Source of the DNA: Amphiscolops sp. MND2022
Taxonomy: Eukaryota
Assembly: GCA_964187785.1 (NCBI GenBank)
Contig: OZ076409.1
Location: 99,264,001-99,328,000, forward strand
Length of the DNA: 64,000 bases
Reading direction: 5' to 3'
Shown here: piece after piece, positions 60,512 through 64,000 of the stretch
How positions within the stretch are numbered: the first letter of the stretch is position 1
Layout: every line of letters starts with the position of its first letter
The notes under the pieces: generated by a model
What the model was told of the DNA's origin: nothing
Databases searched by the model: none
Seen by the model: the letters and a program-made list of their open reading frames with translations, nothing else
Translations under genes and position numbers: made by a program

Positions 60512-60555
60512 GCTAGAAATCATACTAGATTACTATAACTTAGTCTAATAGCAAG

Positions 60556-61765
60556 TAGGGGACGGCGGTTAACCGAACCGAACCGACTCGTATATGAACC
60601 GAAAACTGAAAATTCATTTCGGTTCGGTTTACATGTACTCGATATTAACCAGGGTGTTGTGAAATATGCGGCGTATGTCGCAGCATATAACATTGCATTT
60701 CTTAGAAATAGAACAACTAACAACCACTGGTGCTCGCCGCATTTTTCATTGATCAATTATCAACCAACCAGTTTCATTGATTCGCAAGTTCAATTGAATT
60801 CTTCCATCAAACACTAGATTCTAAACTTGAAGATTTTACCCTAGTTGAAACTGCTTCAAATTTTTACATGATTTCATAGGCTACCAATCACTTTTAGCAT
60901 GATTTTGGGGGTTTCATAATCAATCATCAATGCAAAATATTTCCCTGATGCAATGCTATTTCTTCAGGAATTTATTAGGATTTCTACACAATGTGTTCAA
61001 TTTACCCCAGAAATTTTGGTCAATAAAATAATTGATATCGACATAATCCTGAGATTGCTGTGTTGAGGTTTTCAGAGCAACATCAAGGAAATTAAAAAAC
61101 AAAGTCCCCGCAAAATTTTGCAGGTTTCCACGGGCAAAATCTCAAATTTTGTAAGCAAAGACGCTACAATATGATGTAAACAAATAGTCTACATGTGCCA
61201 GTGTGGTAAACAAATTCTTATCACTGGAATAAGATCTAAAAACACTGTATCTTACTAAAATAATGTCTGAATTCACCGTATTGTAGATTTTTACTAGTTT
61301 TCTTCAAGTTTTTATATTGATTGCAATTCAGTGTTTTTCTCAGCTCTTATATTAGGTTCCGATATGAGGACTTTTTTGAGAGAATTAAATTTTGTGGGGA
61401 AAAAAGATGAGAGATAAGAAATACGAAAAATTGTGTTCAAGATTTTTGCTGAAAATTTTTTTCAAGGCTTAGTGGATATTTCCCAAGTTTCTACAAAATG
61501 CAGGGAACTTTTCCAAGTTTTTCTAAGATGCAGGGAAGTTTTTCAAGATTTTCCAAGATGCAGGGAATTTTTACAAAATTTTCCATGCAGGGTCCCTGAT
61601 TTTTCTGTTTTCTCAAAAATCAGCCTGCATTTTATTCATGTGCTCAACAAAATTTCACAGCATTCTCAACTAGGATAGACTTCAAAAAACCGAACCGAAG
61701 TTGAAAACCGATTTTTTGGCCCGAAACCGAACCGAGTTTGAAATTTCCCGGACCGCCGACGCCTA
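60556..61765. mobile_element. Probable hAT-like non-autonomous element with nested insert(s)
   Basis: Imperfect termini TAGGGGACGGCGGT / ACCGCCGACGCCTA with AACCG subterminal repeats at both ends; no clear TSD. Confidence 0.5.
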
Positions 61766-64000
61766 GTTGAAGAGGGTGTCATATACGGTGCAAGCTCCAG
61801 AGCCTCCTTGCAGCGTCACTAACGGTCGCATATATTGAAATACTGTATTGTAGGAGAAATATATTCTATATTTCGCGCCATGCGCCAAATAACGTTTAAT
61901 AAACGGAGGTGTTTTAAATTCTGGGAGTTTAACAGACGAATATTATTGGGCTATGTCTCCAGAAACTTCGAATTTCTGTCTTATTTCAGATTCTAAGGAA
62001 ACAAGCCGGGAACGGCCAAAGTCGGCGCTATATCTAAGGCACAAAATTGTAAAAGTGGGGACCCTTCGGGCTTTTTGAAATTCCAGTTGATTGCAAAATA
62101 TGAAAAAAAATGAAGGGACCCTTGAGAGATTTTTTAAAAATTCGGGAAAAAATTTTTGAAATGAGATTTTCAAACAGTGTCACAGTGCCGAAAATTGTGA
62201 AAGGGGGACCCTTTGGGATTTTTTGACATCCATTGTGTTGCAAAATATCGGAACAAACGAAGGGGAGACCATTTGGTGGAATCCAAAAAAAAGTTCAATT
62301 TTTTTGCTGGTTTGCGACAGAATGGATGTTGGAAAATCCCAAATGGTCCCCTTTTCAGTTTTTCGGCATTGTGAAACTTTTCTCCTAAAATTTTTTCTCT
62401 TTAGCGCGCCAGGGGCTCGCGCTAGCGGGCCCCGGCGCGCCACTCGGTTCATTTTTTGGCTTTTCGATTTTCGAGTACTGTAAATTGACACTTGCAAGTC
62501 CTTTTGCTATTTTTGGGCCTTGGATATGGTGCCGACTTGTGCCGGTCCCGGCTTGTTTTTCTTTAAGACAGACTCGAAGCAACGAACGTTAACGTTCAGT
62601 ATGTTCAACTAAAGTAAACTAAACGAATTCCCGGTAAACGCATCTAAGTTATTCCAAAGGGTCCCCCTTTTGGTTTTTACTATTTAAACGCAATCTACAA
62701 AACCGGACGGGACTGAAGGGTTTCGATTTTTTTTCGGCACTACGATTTTTTTTCGATTTTTTTTGTCTCCAAAGGGTCCCCCTTTGGTTTTTTTTTACTT
62801 TTTGAACGTAGCCTACAGAACCGGATGAGTGTAAAGGGCCCCCCTTTCGGTTTTTTCGGCACTGCAACTTCTCGAAAGTTTTTCGCCTCCAAAGAGCCCC
62901 CTTCGATTTTATTTGAGCCTTAGATATAGCGCCGACTTGAGACGTTCCCGTCTTGTTTACTTTCTGCTTCGTCTTCTGGAATGCTCTAGACGAAATCGTT
63001 GTAGCAGCTGTTATGCGCCAAGGTCTCTTTTGTCAAGAATTATGAACTGGATTTTGGATCTTCCTCATTGGTTATATCTCAAATCAGAACCGTTTAAAAC
63101 CTGCGTTTTGTTAGACTTGATCGTATTTTAGATTTTGTAGAATTTTCAACAAAAGGACCTCGCGTACCGAAACGGGGATTTAGTGTAGAAAGAGAAGATT
63201 TTGTGCCCTTATAAGGTGCGTGTCAGTGAAAAGAGTTTGGGTGTCAGTACGCTGCAAGCTGAAGAGCCTCCTTACAGTGTGAATAACGGTGCCATAAAAT
63301 AAATTTGGAAAACATCGGTACGTGGAGAGTATTTTTATTATTTCTGCGATAACAGGAATATTATTGAAATCCCAAGATGTCTACTTTTTTTTCAGTACAA
63401 TTCTTCGCACGATACTGAATAATTCAGATATTTGTTCGGCAGTGACTATAAGCGTGAGAATTAAATTTCTCAAGCTGCCGACATTTCAATTCTCGTGCGA
63501 TGGAACGAGCGAGTGGTAATAATGCATTCGTACGCTGACGTCATTGAGATGAAGCGAGGGAATGTTCGTAATTATGCGTGAATTATTCGTTCGTTGAGAA
63601 CTTCGCCTGCATTCAAATGCGAATGCGAAACTTCGTCTACGCTTAGTAGTTATATTTTCTTTAGTCCGAGAAGAATTAAAGGCGGTGCAAACTTGGATTA
63701 CGTACCAAATAACATAAAAGCAAATAACATAAAAACAAAATTAGTTTCGAATAACATAAAAATGAAATTAGTTTCAAATAACAGATATAAAATCGAATGC
63801 CCGGTTAAACAATCGAACTCACGAAATTTTATTTGTAATTTTCATAGTTATTTCAGTGAATCTTTTGAATTGTGAATGATTTTGACCAGTAAAACTTTCT
63901 CGTAAACAATTTTATTTCTATGTTTTGTGAAACTCATCTCATTTTTATGTTCTTTGAAACTAATTTTGTTTTTGTTATTTTCTCTTATTGCACATGACGA

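Overview
Repeat-rich animal (invertebrate-like) genomic DNA. Host genes, all on +: an intronless mitochondrial ribosomal protein L3 gene (18064-19161); 261 bp downstream, a six-exon NFIL3/E4BP4/vrille-like bZIP transcription factor (19423-42838, about 871 aa by my splice reconstruction); and the 5' part of an unidentified multi-exon gene (47489 to at least 60511) that appears to use several GC splice donors. Mobile DNA dominates the rest: a decayed Ty3/gypsy element, a decayed full-length Ty1/copia element with nested MITEs, an internally deleted hAT transposon, LINE fragments, several MITE families and at least three DINE-1/HINE-like (Helentron-type) families. The standout is a very young, intact BEL/Pao LTR retrotransposon (30323-37436; 222-bp LTRs with one mismatch seen, CCATG target duplication) in intron 3 of the bZIP gene. 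Between pol and the 3' LTR it carries an antisense, intron-containing gene for a 257-aa JmjC-like 2-oxoglutarate/Fe(II) dioxygenase with an intact HxD...H triad. Its 5' end plus about 0.9 kb of flank is tandemly duplicated (2615-bp period). All calls come from reading the sequence by eye; no database searches were run.
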